DNA of 64,000 bases from Tubiluchus corallicola (taxonomy: Eukaryota > Animalia > Priapulida). Below the pieces are notes generated by a model that saw only the letters and a list, made by a program, of their open reading frames with translations, was not told the origin of the DNA and made no database searches. A program made the position numbers and the translations under genes. Position 1 is the first letter of the stretch. Each line of letters opens with the position of its first letter. This document shows, in pieces, positions 44,905 to 57,904 of the stretch. Where the stretch lies: contig JAQGDQ010000767.1 of NCBI GenBank assembly GCA_030141605.1, forward strand, positions 1 to 64,000. The letters run 5' to 3'.

Positions 44905-45320
44905 AAGTGGAAGTGTGGCTAGACCAATTTCTTGAAGCCTTTGTGAATAAGTTAGATTGCTCATTCCTGGAATCATCCCTGTCACTATTTGTTGAATATT
45001 CTTGACTGTGTGGATAGAATCGTGTCTTGATGGGTCCCACACTACATCCGCGTAGCCAAGGATGGGTCTGACCAATGACTTACATAACCTCAGAACCATT
45101 GCTTTACGGAGAAATTGAAAATGTGCTTGATTAGTGCTAACCTGCAGTGAGCCTTCTGCGTGATGTATGCAATGTGAGGCTGTAAGTCAAGGCTGCTGTC
45201 TGCAATGACCCCAATGTCTGTTTTCTTATCAAATTTGCTAGTACTTGACTTTTGATTACCAAAGCTGATGGTGCAGTTAGATGGGAAACAGCTCTACCAA
45301 CTGCGGATTGTGTTAGGTGT
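44905..45320 (-). mobile_element. Degenerate CR1/L2-clade LINE reverse-transcriptase fragment
   Basis: ORF 44872-45099 gives LCKSLVRPILGYADVVWDP...IQQIVTGMIPGMSNLTYSQRLQEIGLATL, the typical post-RT motif of CR1-group LINEs (LYxxLVRPxLEYxxxVWxP...LxYxxRL). Confidence 0.8.
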
Positions 45321-45799
45321 TTTGTATCAAATTTTTAATTTGTTGATTCTTTCCTTAATGTCTAGCATGTTTAATTTCGCTCTTATTCTATAGTAAGCGC
45401 AGTGAGTGGCCCTATTTCGCGATGACGTAAACGAAATAACGGCGATATCCCATATTGAAAAATAACATCTCCTGAAGTTTGTTTTGGTTAGTTTGTTAAC
45501 TAGAAAATAAAAATTATTTTTTGTTTTGTTGTTCGTTTCTTTGTTAGATGAAGTTTTGTAGGCGTTTGGTTGGAAAGTGACACGTGACTGTAATAATCGC
45601 CAACTTTCTTATCAATTTGGGTAAAGCAAAAAATAGCAAATTATTGGGACGTTATTTGTAGGGAGCTAGGGAGGGGCTTTTTTAATTTTTGTGAGAATCA
45701 CTTCATGAGATTTTCGTTTGATTCGACAAACCAAATGTTTTGGTGGCCAATATTTAAATTTAAATATTTAAATAATAAATAAACTGTTACGAATGACAT

Positions 45800-46032
45800 T
45801 ATCAATTTTATGTCATTCGTAACACTAACAGTAACAGTTTATTTATTATAAGCAGTACTAACACTAATACACTGTAGCATAGCGCCTATAAAAAATGTTT
45901 ATCACTAACGAAAGGGCAGCTGACTAGATGACCAATTGGTCTTTCGGTGCCCTTTCTTCACATTTTTGTTGCTAAATTAATTGTATTGTAATTGTGCGTG
46001 TGTTAAAAGACAAATAAAAGATTATTATTATT
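45800..46032 (+). mobile_element. LINE/SINE 3' tail (same family as 3126-3614)
   Basis: aagggcagctgactagatgaccaattggtctttc...aaataaaag(att)n tail. Confidence 0.7.
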
Positions 46033-46146
46033 AGGTTGTGTTAAGATTTAGATATTTTATTTTTCTTTAAAATTTTACTCGTACACCTAGTTAAATGTGC
46101 GCTGTACGATTAATTCACGTTTCATAATCGTTTTTTGCTAGGAAAC

Positions 46147-46504
46147 ATGGGTGTTCACTGCTCTTTGGGATTAGTCATAACGTTCTTGTTCCTTGCAACA
46201 TTAACGGCTGTTGTATCTTTCTTTGTGACTGAGTGGGGAGAATTTACTCTGGGAGGTAAATACGGTCTGTGGAGAGAATGCGCAGAAAGTTTGAGGTTCC
46301 AACTGTTTGCCAAAGATTGCCGATGGCTTTACAACTTTGAGCGATTTGGCGTTTATCGTGGGAGTATTCCAGGTAATGTCTTAGGCTTAGGTGTTGAGCT
46401 TGCTCGTTTTTACTTTTGGATTTTTAATTTTTAATTGTTTCTTTTTTTATTATTGTTGTACATTTACATCATGCTTTGCAATTAATACTTATGTAAGAGA
46501 AAGA

Positions 46505-46549
<45 letters not shown>

Positions 46550-49500
46550 AGGGAAAGCGAGAGACATGGAGGGAGAAAGAAAGAGAGAGAGAGAAAAGAG
46601 AGAAAGAGAAAGAAAGGGAGAGAACGAAAGAAAGAGAGAGAGAAAGAAAGAGAAAGAGTGTGTGAGAGGGGGAAAGACAGAGAGGGAGGAAAAGAGAGAG
46701 AGGGAAGGGAAGGACAGAGAAGAGAAAGGAGAGAGGGAGGGAAAGAGAGAAAGAGAGGAAACATAAGACGTTATTGAAACTTGTAGTCCGTTGGTTCAAG
46801 AATTATAAGTTTATCGATCTCTCGAGACCGAGACAAATATGGCCACAGCGCCAAGTGATTAACTTTCTAACATTGAAGGTCGTAAATCAGGAGAACGTTT
46901 AAACAATCTCTAAGAAATCTTATAAAAATACACAAAAGTTTAACCCGTGTGAGAGATCATGTTTCTCGTGAAGATTTCCCTCGACAGAACGAGTCTATCG
47001 GTTGAATTGCTAAACAATGGCTTCTTCAAAATATAATTCTATCTCAGGGGCTCTTGAAAAAGCTTTGGAAATTGGCTGCAGCTTTGCAGGTCCAGTAACT
47101 GGACATAACAACAGGGGGGCGTATTGACCAATGGAATAGCTCAGTTAGCAGCAAGCTGCTTACTTTCAATCTAAGAATATGTCGTTTATGCGTATTTAGG
47201 TTTTAACAAGTTCGACTCAAACTATCCGTCTTTGAACTTGCTGAACTCAAGATCGCGGATTGGAAATGACGTCAATTCCACCATTTTGAATTTAAGATAG
47301 CAAATCGAAAATCCAACTCTCTCAGTCGATGCAGAATTCATTCTTATATATTTCTGTTGGATTTCATTACGATTCGTTGCAAATTGGTGGAGCGTTAGGC
47401 TTCTTTTGAAAATGGTGTCATTGCGCCATCATCTTGAACTGAAAACGTCAGATCGAAAATCTAATGTCGTCAGTAGACACGGAATTCTCTGACGTATTCT
47501 GTTGGAATTAACTGTGAAATAAAATAAATTCTAAATAAATTGAAATTCTTTCTAGTACATTTCTGTCAAACTTTATGACAATCTGTTGTGAACTGGCAGA
47601 ACGTTAGACTTCTCTAATCAGTGTCGCTTTCGTTACCATCTTGATTTCAAAGTGAAGATTGAAAATCCTGCTCTGTCAGTCGGTGCAGAATTTGTTCTTG
47701 TGTATCCTTTAAGGTTTCATGATGATCAACTGGGAATTGGTAGAGGCTTGGGCTTTCTTAAAAAGTTATGTTATCGCCAATCTTGAATTCAAGATGGCAA
47801 GTCAAAATTTTGACCCGTCAGTTAATGCAGAACTAGTATATTCACATGAAGTTTCGTGACAATTCACTGCGAATTCGCGAAGCCTCAGGATTCCCCAACA
47901 ACAATAGCAATAAAATCCAGAAGGGTAGTGATTTGGATTGAGTCGCTTGACCTAGAATTTAATAGTACCTGGTTTGTTCAAGTTTTTGTACAAGTCATTT
48001 AACACACATAGTTATGCTTATTAGTTTCTGTATTAATATTTGAGCATGTATTTTAGCACAGAGGATGCTCCAACCCAGGGGTGTGCAAATTGTGGCCCGC
48101 CAAGAGAATTTGTGCGACCCGCGAAGAGATTTGTCAACCTAATGAAAGTGCGGCCCGGGCGATTAATTGAGTGTATCCAGCTGAAGTCCGTGCCACGATC
48201 CCAAAGATAGTGCGGGTAGTTTTTTCTACTAGATCAGATGCCATTAACCCTTACAAGATGGTTGTAGCTTAATGTCGCGGTACTACACAGACTGTGTGAT
48301 ACACATTACTAATATGCATTGTAATGAAATTACCACTATCTGTCCTGAAAGTAGAAATATATGCTTTTGTAATATAAATTTTATTAACTTCTAAAATAGT
48401 TTCTTGAGTGTAGTAGTAATGATGTACGCAGGTCGGATGCAAAAAAATTGTTATTAGGTCTTTCTGTACTTGGCTCCTTGATCAAACTGCCTGTGGCCCG
48501 CAGGAATTGCGGAAAAGTTTAATGTGGCCTGGCTAGTCAGATAATTTGCACACCCCTGCTCCAACCTAATGATTAACTCTTCTATCACTTTGTTTCCATG
48601 ACAATCGTTTGAGTTGAGATCCGTTTCCACTGTTTCAGGATGAACAACACAAATTGATAACGTGCTTACATAAGTTGGTTAATTAATTAAACGGTTAATC
48701 AATTATTCTTTGTACATTTCAGCTTGGTTTATAGCTTGTCAAATCATGTTTACCATTTCCGTTGCCGTTCTCGTTGTCAACCTGTGTATACTCATGCCGT
48801 TCTACAGTTGCACTTGTGGAAAAGGAGGTGACTGCTTCCGCTGCATTGGAGTTGTCATTTACTCCTCGCTTCTCTGCACAGGTAAGCTTACACATTGCTT
48901 GCCTGCACTTTTAATTTACATTGAAAAATGTTCAGGGTCAAATTAACACTTTTCTATGTTTTTGTTGCAATTTGTTATTATTCATTGAATAAGTACTTAA
49001 AAGAGGCATCAGCTTATAACAGTTCATCCTTTTTATCATTAGATGTCGCCAAACTATGCATTTATGTACTACAGTAAACTCCGCATAAGTCAAAATCGCA
49101 TAACTCGAAGAATTTCAGAGGAACGGATGAAATCCTTCGTTCGTCTCACAAAAACGTCGCTTAACTCAAAATTTTGCCCGATTCAAATGAGAAATTGTTG
49201 TCCATTTAATCAAAATACATGTAATTTACTTCACCTAACTCAAACTATGCGCATACTCAACCGCAGTAAGTAACACATTGGTAGCCACACTGTCACATTG
49301 TTTAACAGTGTTGTGTACGTGTCCTTTTGTAACATAAAAAAATCGTGTTTCACTACATAATTTGTTATTCTTTACGCAATTGTCATCAAATCTCGTCGTT
49401 TACGTATAGGAGAGTTGATTTTCCGCCTTCTATTTAGCTCGCTATCTGGAGGACGAGGTTAGAGTTTCTGCGCAGAAAAATACTCAACATCTCCTAACTC

Positions 49501-51306
49501 AAAATATCGCCTAGCTCAAAGTTTTATCAGTCTGGTTGAACTTGAGTTATACAGAGTTTACTGTATGAGTAGCGTTGTTTAAATGAATGTGGTGTTGTGA
49601 ACTAAAACTGGCACCTTTAATCAAATACTAAAGGGGGCGAAATGGAAATTTTAAAGAGAGTCCCAAGAAACTTTCTGTAAAAAGTTGTGTTAGTTACTAT
49701 CATACTTATCTGCTTAACAAACTTGCATAGCAGGACAAGGCAATTCTTGATAGTTTAAAATGTTTGTCCCAAGTAATAAAACGTCACCGTTTCCTTATCC
49801 CGGTGGTCATCATTGGCTCACAAAAACACATTATTGATCTTATTGACAATGTGAATAAAGTAATTTAAACTTTCGCTTAGTTCACGGAGAGTGGCGCAAG
49901 GAATGCACTGATTACTTTTTCAAACTTTACGCAATGTTATCTGGACTTGTTTGAAATGACTTACCGCTAAAAAGGCTGCGCCTAACGGTCATCGCAGGTG
50001 TTTAAACTTTGAAGTTTTGTACAGTGTTACTACTAATGCAAACTCTGCAAGCAATGAGAACATGTAGGTGATATAAAATTTCATGACAAATTTTTTAAGG
50101 TTTACTTATGAATGGTGTTTTCTTGTCCTTTAACCCTTTCACTACGTAGTTGCTTTTTAACTGGGCCGCATTGGCTTTTGTATGTTTCACAATAACTTCT
50201 TGTGGTGTGTTACTAAAACACAATCTCGTACATAAACAAATAGCAATTTGTTATTAAACATTAATATTAAATACTAGTATTATTTATACATATGCGCACA
50301 CATCTGCTGACACATACATGCACTCATGCACACACGCATGTGCACACCCATTTAAATAAGCACATGCTTATATTTAGAGGCCAATTTTCACAAAAGACAT
50401 AACACTAATCCATAAAAAGTGATAATTTTATAAGAAATGCAGAACAATCAACTAAACGTATGTTTCACCAACTATCAACAAACAATTTTGCGCGAGAATG
50501 TACTATACTGTACAGTATTGTGGAATGCACCTGGCTTCAGATGCTGATTGGCTGGTTAGTGTTACTTGCTGCGAAGCAACACCAATCCCACGACTGTTGA
50601 AGTTTTCTACAAAATTTTTGCATGGTCGTAGCAGTGAAATTTTAGCAAAAAACTAAAACTATAATATGTAAACCTACTCCTATGACCGTCTCTCTCCAAA
50701 CTGTTTTTAGCACTATCCTGTTCTTACTGACCTACCTAACTTTTCCTTTTTCACAATTATTAAATAATTCTTTTCTCTCTAGTACAAACTACATTACTAA
50801 CAATTGCCACGTGCCACTAGCTGGTCGGCTGCTGCTTTGCGATGTACTTCAGTACAACCTAAAGACATGTGCTCGCACCTAGCATAACCTCTTTGGTTAT
50901 CGCATTTCAAGGACCAATTTTTACATTGGTTTTCATAAACAATAAACACACCCAGGCGACCGTGCTTAGTAGAGAACTGAGGCGGCAGTCTACCACTTTC
51001 CGTCCCTTGCATGAAAAACACAGTGCAGAGTGAAAGGTTTAAACCGAAACCAAAATTCCTGCTTTCCGCATGTATTCACAAGCAAAGCTGTATTTATTTT
51101 CAGTGCTCGTCATGGGAATCTCCCTCTTAATCTTCGGTTTGGAAATTCACCTGAACAAATATTCGCAAGCGCTGAGAATGGGGACGATGCGTCGGACGCT
51201 GGGATGGGCGTACTGGATGATGGTCTGTTCGTGGGTGTTCACCGTGTCGTCGGTTGCCACCATGTTTGTCACGCACAAGCGAATAACTAATGTGGAAGAA
51301 GAATAG
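46147..51306 (+). CDS. Claudin/PMP22/EMP-superfamily tetraspan protein C (195 aa, 3 coding exons)
   Basis: Exons 46147-46372, 48723-48881, 51104-51306, phase 1/1, 588 nt. W...YGLWREC...C signature, WFIACQIMF, CTCGKGGDCFRC, LGWAYWM, tail KRITNVEEE. Confidence 0.93.
46495..46760. repeat. GA-rich low-complexity tract
   Basis: Direct reading. Confidence 0.9.
48076..48558 (+). mobile_element. hAT-type MITE, copy 2
   Basis: Same TIRs as 22518-23001, with a perfect 8-bp TSD ctccaacc. Confidence 0.93.
49072..49563. mobile_element. Tc1/mariner MITE
   Basis: TA|CAGTAAACTCCGCATAAGTCAA ... TTGAGTTATACAGAGTTTACTG|TA. Confidence 0.82.
50134..51038. mobile_element. Possible piggyBac-like element
   Basis: TTAA|CCCTTTCACT ... 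AGTGAAAGGT|TTAA. Only a short imperfect TIR supports it. Confidence 0.45.
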
Positions 51307-51409
51307 CAGGCTATTGTAGGAGCTCGGCGTGCCTGTTCCGGGAAAAACAGAAGTTTCTTTAGTTATTTGGAGGACATGTTATCTGGAAACGTTTAACTTT
51401 CTCGTACAG

Positions 51410-51576
51410 AAAAAGCTTTTTAGAAAAGAATTATAAAATCTTGAGAATTAATTTAATTTTGAATAAGAACACTCATTTTTACAAAAGAATTATAAAATCA
51501 TGAGAATTAATTTGATTTTCAATAAGAACACTCATTTTTAGAAAAGAATTATAAAATCATGAGAATTAATTTAATT
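51410..51576. repeat. About 60-bp tandem repeat, about 3 copies (claudin-like C 3' region)
   Basis: aaaagaattataaaatc(t/a)tgagaattaattt recurs three times. Confidence 0.85.
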
Positions 51577-52185
51577 AACGTATTAACGAGGTGCATTAAT
51601 ACATAGATCTGTAGGCAAATATGGACAGTTTGTTTTGCCAAATATCTGGGCATTAAGAGAGGCATTAAATTTTGGGGGGGGGGGGAATAAGGAGGTTTGC
51701 AGTATGGGGAAATATACTTTTGTTTTATTGTGAACTTTGCTGTCCTTTAGATGGCCATCTTTGTTAAGCATTAAGTAACTTTTCTGTACAAATAATGAAT
51801 ATGTATGATTACCATCAGTTCCTAAGAATTCTGCTGCGTCTTCGTCTCTTTATAACTAGATAGGTTCATGAAATGAAAACCAACTTTGGGACGGGAAGGT
51901 CACAAATGTCTATTGTGTTTAAGCACGATATGTTCTTCTTTGAAGGTATTTAAACTTAGTTATTATAAGCGTGTGAATTTATTCTATGTTTATGCAGTGA
52001 AAACGTCTATGATTTAAGAAGGTGTCTTCACTTTGGCCTGAGTTTCCAGTTTCTAACTTCCTTTTTTCTGAAAAACCGCAAAAAAATCAAACAATGACTT
52101 TTACCAAGGTATTTTTGTAATGTTTACGATATGCTGTTGTGATTGTGTCTTTTTGCATTATATTTTGTGAATGTTAGTCAAAGTT

Positions 52186-52808
52186 GTCGTATATTTTACA
52201 TTAGACGTGTCGCTGTTAAACGGTGTTGTAATTATAATTATGAGTGTTATTCTCATTGTTCCATCCATCTTACAAGTGACAAAATTTGAATCTCTCTATT
52301 TGTCTCCGTCGTCGTATATTTTACATTAGACATATCGCTGTTAAACGGTGTTGTAATTTATAATTATGAGTGTTATTCTCATTGTTCCATCCATCTTACA
52401 AGTGACAAAATTTGAATCTCTACTTCTCTCCGTCGTCGTATATTTTACATTAGACATATCGCTGTTAAACGGTGTTGTAATTTATAATTATGAGTGTTAT
52501 TCTCATTGTTCCATCCATCTTACAAGTGACAAAATTTGAATCTCTACTTCTCTCCGTCGTCGTATATTTTACATTAGACATATCGCTGTTAAACGGTGTT
52601 GTAATTTATAATTATGAGTGTTATTCTCATTGTTCCATCCATCTTACAAGTGACAAAATTTGAATCTCTACTTCTCTCCGTCGTCGTATATTTTACATTA
52701 GACATATCGCTGTTAAACGGTGTTGTAATTTATAATTATGAGTGTTATTCTCATTGTTCCATCCATCTTACAAGTGACAAAATTTGAATCTCTCTATTTG
52801 TCTCCGTC
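52186..52808. repeat. 124-bp tandem repeat, 5 copies
   Basis: cgtatattttacattagac at 52189, 52313, 52437, 52561, 52685. Confidence 0.95.
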
Positions 52809-53087
52809 CATCTTGGTTAAAAATTTGTTACAAATTTTTATCGCTCGTTCCTGCCTACATCGATCTAATTGTTGTTTAATGTTTTTGCTGGTTGAGTGAG
52901 ATTTAAACACTTTATTGTGTTTATTGACTCAGTTTGATGTATTTTCTTTCGTTAGGATGAATCATGCTGTAAATGTTCCGTCCCGTGTGATTTCAAATCT
53001 TGACAAAAGGTTATTAATTATGTAAGTGACCTAATGGGCGAAATCTTATTGTTCTTATATGAAGTGACTTTTAATATGCATTTATTG

Positions 53088-53870
53088 CTTAGGCTTTGTT
53101 CACACATTCTCTTGTTTAGGCTGTGTTTAAACATTCTATTGTTTAGGCTGTGTTTACACATTCTATTGTTAGGCTATGTTTACACATTCTGCTGTTAGGC
53201 TATGTCCACACATTCTATTGTTAGGCTATGTTCACACATTCTATTGTTTAGGCTATGTTCACACATTCTGCTGTTAGGCTGTGTTCACACATTCTGTTGT
53301 TAGGCTATTTTCACACATTCTGTTGTTAGGCTGTGTTCACACATTCTGTTGTTAGGCTGTGTTCATACTTTCTGTTGTCTGTGTTCATACTTTCTGTTGT
53401 TAGGCTATGTCCACATATTCTATTGTTAGGCTATGTTCACACATTCTGTTGTTAGGCTGTGTTCATACTTTCTGTTGTTAGGCTATGTCCACATATTCTA
53501 TTGTTAGGCTATGTTCACACATTCTGTTGTTAGGCTGTGTTCACACATTCTATTGTTAGGCTGTGTTCACACATTCTGTTGTTAGGCTGTGTCCACACAT
53601 TCTATTGTTAGGCTATGTTCACACATTTTGTTGTTAGGCTATGTTCACACATTATATTGTTTAGGCTATGTTCACACATTCTGTTGTTAGGCTATGTCCA
53701 CACATTCTATTGTTAGGCTGTATTCACACATTCTGTTGTTAAACTGTGTTCACACATTCTATTATTGGCTGTGTTCATACATTCTATTGTTCGGCTGTGT
53801 TCACACATTTTTTTGTTCAGCTGTGTTCACACATTCTATTTTTTAGGCAGCATTCACACATTCTTGTTCA
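53088..53870. repeat. 26-27 bp minisatellite (ggctgtgttcacacattctgttgtta), about 29 copies
   Basis: Direct reading. It runs directly into the start of block D'. Confidence 0.95.
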
Positions 53871-56530
53871 GCAACAAAAATACAACAAAATAATGTACAT
53901 TATGTTAATGATATGGACCATTTGCTACATGTTTATTCGTCATCTTGAACGCATTTCTTGCTAGCTAGCGGGATGTGCTGGAGTTCTACATCCATCTGCT
54001 CATTCTGATTCATTTATTTGTCAGCCTGCAAGCATGTGAACGCTGCAGTAGATTGTTGTGACTGCATAGTTACTGTACAAGTTAATGCAGCTTAACTTTA
54101 ACCGTCCTTATACCGTATGCACATGACATCCTAATGTGTATTTTTGCCTATCGTGAAATTCAATTACTGACATGTAACTTGCCAAAAATTGGACCCAAAT
54201 GTTACTTCACATCCTCTTCAAGTGAAATCCGACCAAATGTTTGGATTTTTGAAACATTCTGATGAGTGGTAAAATTTCTTTGGTTAGTGGGGGAGGTGAT
54301 GGTTATTTTTAAACAGAAGTTTCGTTGGTCGATGGGAGGCGACAGTTATTTTCGAACACACTTGTACTTAGATGTAAGCGAAACATTCAGTAGTCGATTT
54401 TAATTCATTGCATACATTTTTAGTTGGTGTGAATGTGCCTTTAGCAGTAGCATTTCAGCTTGTCGTTTGACACTCTTACCCGTAACACCATCACAGTGTT
54501 CTTATAGCATTCGCTTTAAAAAATCTTCTTTTTCACCAACTTTTATTTGTACAGAAATAACAAATTTACTAAACTTATCAAAACAGTAAACAATATCTAT
54601 CACATGAATTAGAATGTGTTTCCTTTAATCCAAGTCTGACTTTATGCAGCTATATTTTTTTAGTATTTTACATTTCTAACTTTTACAGAGATTATATCTT
54701 TTATCCAGAGTTTATCGTGGGTTGTTTACTTGTTTGTTTGTATACTGTAATTAGATTCAGATGTTGTAATATCAACTGTTTTATACATGCGTGTAGTATA
54801 GGTTGTATTGTTAGTCAGAGTATTAGAGATCATACTGGGTGGCCCATTAAAAATGATATGAAGGTTGTATTATTAGTCAGAGTATTAGAGATCATACTGG
54901 GTGGCCCATTAAAAATGAAGCATTTTTTTCAGGCTGTACTGCTGTTTTCTTGTGTTAAGCAGTTTTTATCATAATAACCATTTTGTGTGTAAAGTAGATT
55001 TGGTGTTTCTTGTGAAATCAGCTATGATTGGCACTTGTTCTGAAATCAGTTATAACTGGTGTTTGTTATGAAATATTTCCAAACTTTTTGAATGTGATTT
55101 CTTCTGATTTTGCCAGGAATATATAGAGTGTTTATTGTTAATACTTAAAGGCAAATCAAATTAAAAGTGTTGGTACAATTGTGCCATTGTAATTGGTCAG
55201 AACATGGAAATAAAACTGTACATTTCAGAACGAAATCGTGTAACTAAAATAATTCTACAGCTTACACTAAAAACGTGTTTAGCACTTGCCAATTGTTCAT
55301 TTGTGTTAAGTGAAAATTTGTCATTTTTTGTGGGCCACCATGTAGCATAATAATAATAACTGATATTACTTTTAAAATACTATTTTTAGCTTAGAGAATT
55401 TATGGAGTTAGCTACATAAGCTATACAATATAATACTGTATAATATAATATAATGTACAGTGCATTAGAATATTGTATGTCACATATATTTTTGTCTGAT
55501 GATTTACTAACTAATATCATCTTAAACAATTGTTAAAAACTTGCATTTCTGTAAGCTACCTTGTATTCATCTTTATTTAACATTTTTCTTCTTTCTGACG
55601 TTAATGTATGAAGTTAACAATTATCTAGATTCACTGCAAATTTTGCTCTTACCGTAAACATAACCTAATCATGTATATTGCAGTAACAATGCATATATCT
55701 TTTATTGATCTGCAGATATCATTAATTATGAATGACTATTACAGATGCTGTACGGTGCTCAGTTTTGTCTAGGCAACAGAATATCACCTTCGTTTTCTCC
55801 CCGAATTTCTAATGAGTCGTGAATTTTATAATAATTCTGGCATAAATATTTAATTTCAAATAAATATTGTCGTATAAAAATAACATCTATTACGAATTTG
55901 TTGTCACAAGTAAAATGTATTCTACAGTAGTTTCTAGTCCAAAAGTAATATGCAAAAACAGTAAACAGTTGATATTTTATACGGTGATATATTTATCATA
56001 CAATACGTAATCATGGACGGCACGGGGATCACAATAGTACAGAGATTCAAAACAAAATTCTAATCTGCTTCCTAAACAATTCAAACAGCTGTTTTTATCT
56101 CACTGAAAAAGCAATACTTGTAAATAGATAGGTTAAACATGCACCAGCTTATAAGCTCCATTTTTGTATCAACAGATGTCAGCACTTCATGCATATTACA
56201 TTGTTTAAACTAACTTTTATATGATTACCACTGTTTACACACTGATGTTGTCATCTGCTAAAATTAGTGTTGAACTAATACCTCGCTTAAGTGTTAACTA
56301 GTAGCCGTGAACTTGACCTGGTAAAATAAACAGTATACCATCATGCTACCAGAATTATTCATCACACAGAAATTGTGAAAAACAATAAAAAAAATGAAAA
56401 GAAATGAACAGTTAAATAGCTTTCCTAACCAAAGCTAGGCGTAGAATGATGCCAAAATCTAGTACCAGCCAATTTTAAAGTAGAAACAATGTAAAGTAAC
56501 AATGTGGAATTGTAATTTTTTTCCCTTAAG
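53862..56530 (-). repeat. Segmental duplication block D', inverted copy of 2556-6272
   Basis: Collinear reverse-complement match. It has an extra segment of about 230 bp at 54003-54236, lacks the 3126-3614 insertion, and has only about 2 units of the 62-bp repeat. Confidence 0.93.
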
Positions 56531-56972
56531 ATAACCGAATCATTTATTCCCATAAGAAATAATGTAAAACGAAAAGCAAATAATCCGTTTTCAAGCACCA
56601 AATGAACTGTAAAGTATTACTAAAATAAAATATAATAATGTAAAAATGTTTATTTAAACAGTAGATATGATATAACTGACCAGAAAAACATAATAGAATT
56701 ACTTAGAAAGAAAAACAAAATTATTCCTGCATAAAAAACCTTGCAATGTTGGTAGCAGTGTGATGGCAGCAACATCAGAAACACGTGCGTGACAACTCTC
56801 GGGTGTGGTCGGTTACGCTCGGCTATACTCGGCGCGGCGCGCATGCGTTCATCGCGTGTTGGGTCGAGTAGAAAAATTCTGGTCCGAGAATGGAGACAAT
56901 TTCAGCTCGAATTTCTGGTCGAAAACCGAGTTGTACGAGTACGGGGACGTTCGAAAGCGGATACTTTTACTG
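56531..56972. mobile_element. Left-truncated Tc1/mariner-like MITE fragment at the D'/GALNT2-upstream junction
   Basis: Contains ttcccataagaaataatgtaaa..taatccgtt and a right end with repeated tcga motifs ending in ...tactg. It resembles mariner MITEs from memory only; no TIR pair was found. Confidence 0.45.
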
Positions 56973-57904
56973 GGACTTTGCTAGTACACAAATAACATTC
57001 ACGACATTAATACACAATACAATAATAAAAGTAGAATAGATATTGTTTTTCTTTCCACGTAACTGAGATAATGAAATTTTTTGAATCTGTTGTATAGTAG
57101 TTATTGATGCGATGCCCTGTCTCATTGCACAACCTTCAGAGATACTGTGGAGAACATGCTAATTAGACGATTAATTTTTAACAACAAACGAGTTCAAACA
57201 CTTCAACGACTGGTTATAATTGTATATTAAAGAAACAGTAAACACAGAAAATGCAATCAATAATGATGCACTGTTCTAAACACCAAAGGAATTAGAAAAA
57301 TGTGACAGAGTCTTAAAACGCCACTACTCCGTCTTCTACAGACACGTGCGTGTTGAAACAATAGGCGGTCACGTGACCATTCTGACTGATTGCGTCAGTA
57401 CAGTTCAGTTATGGCACAGAACACCTATAAGTTAAAAATCAGGTACAGTAGTGAGAATGCAATGAGTTTACTGTGAACAATACAATAATAATATTGATAA
57501 ATCTTTATTTCGTATCTAAGATACAGTACATCATAAAAACGTTACAGTATAATACAATAAAATTACAATACAATCAAATTCAATCTAAAATAAATTACAA
57601 CATATACAATAACACAGTCTCTTTTATACAGAAACACACCAATTTCTGCAAGTTGGCATACCTAAATAGTTGCTAACATATTCACACCTGTTACCTGCTG
57701 TTTATTACGTGGGTGTTATAATATCCTGCACTTGTAGTCAAGATGTTACCTGTTTGCACAACGTACATTGCACTATGGATTTAGTTTGTTCACTACAGTT
57801 CTAGTTTTAGTGAATTATTATCATTTACAATAAATGCAAATTGAAAAAGAACTGAAACATTCAAATATTCGTAATTGGCACCCAACCAGGTTGTCTGTAG
57901 CAAC

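Noticed and set aside
47250-47900. Degenerate 150-200 bp repeats with ccatcttgaa..caagatggc motifs
   Set aside because: Probably an old transposon-internal repeat. Boundaries and family could not be defined by eye.
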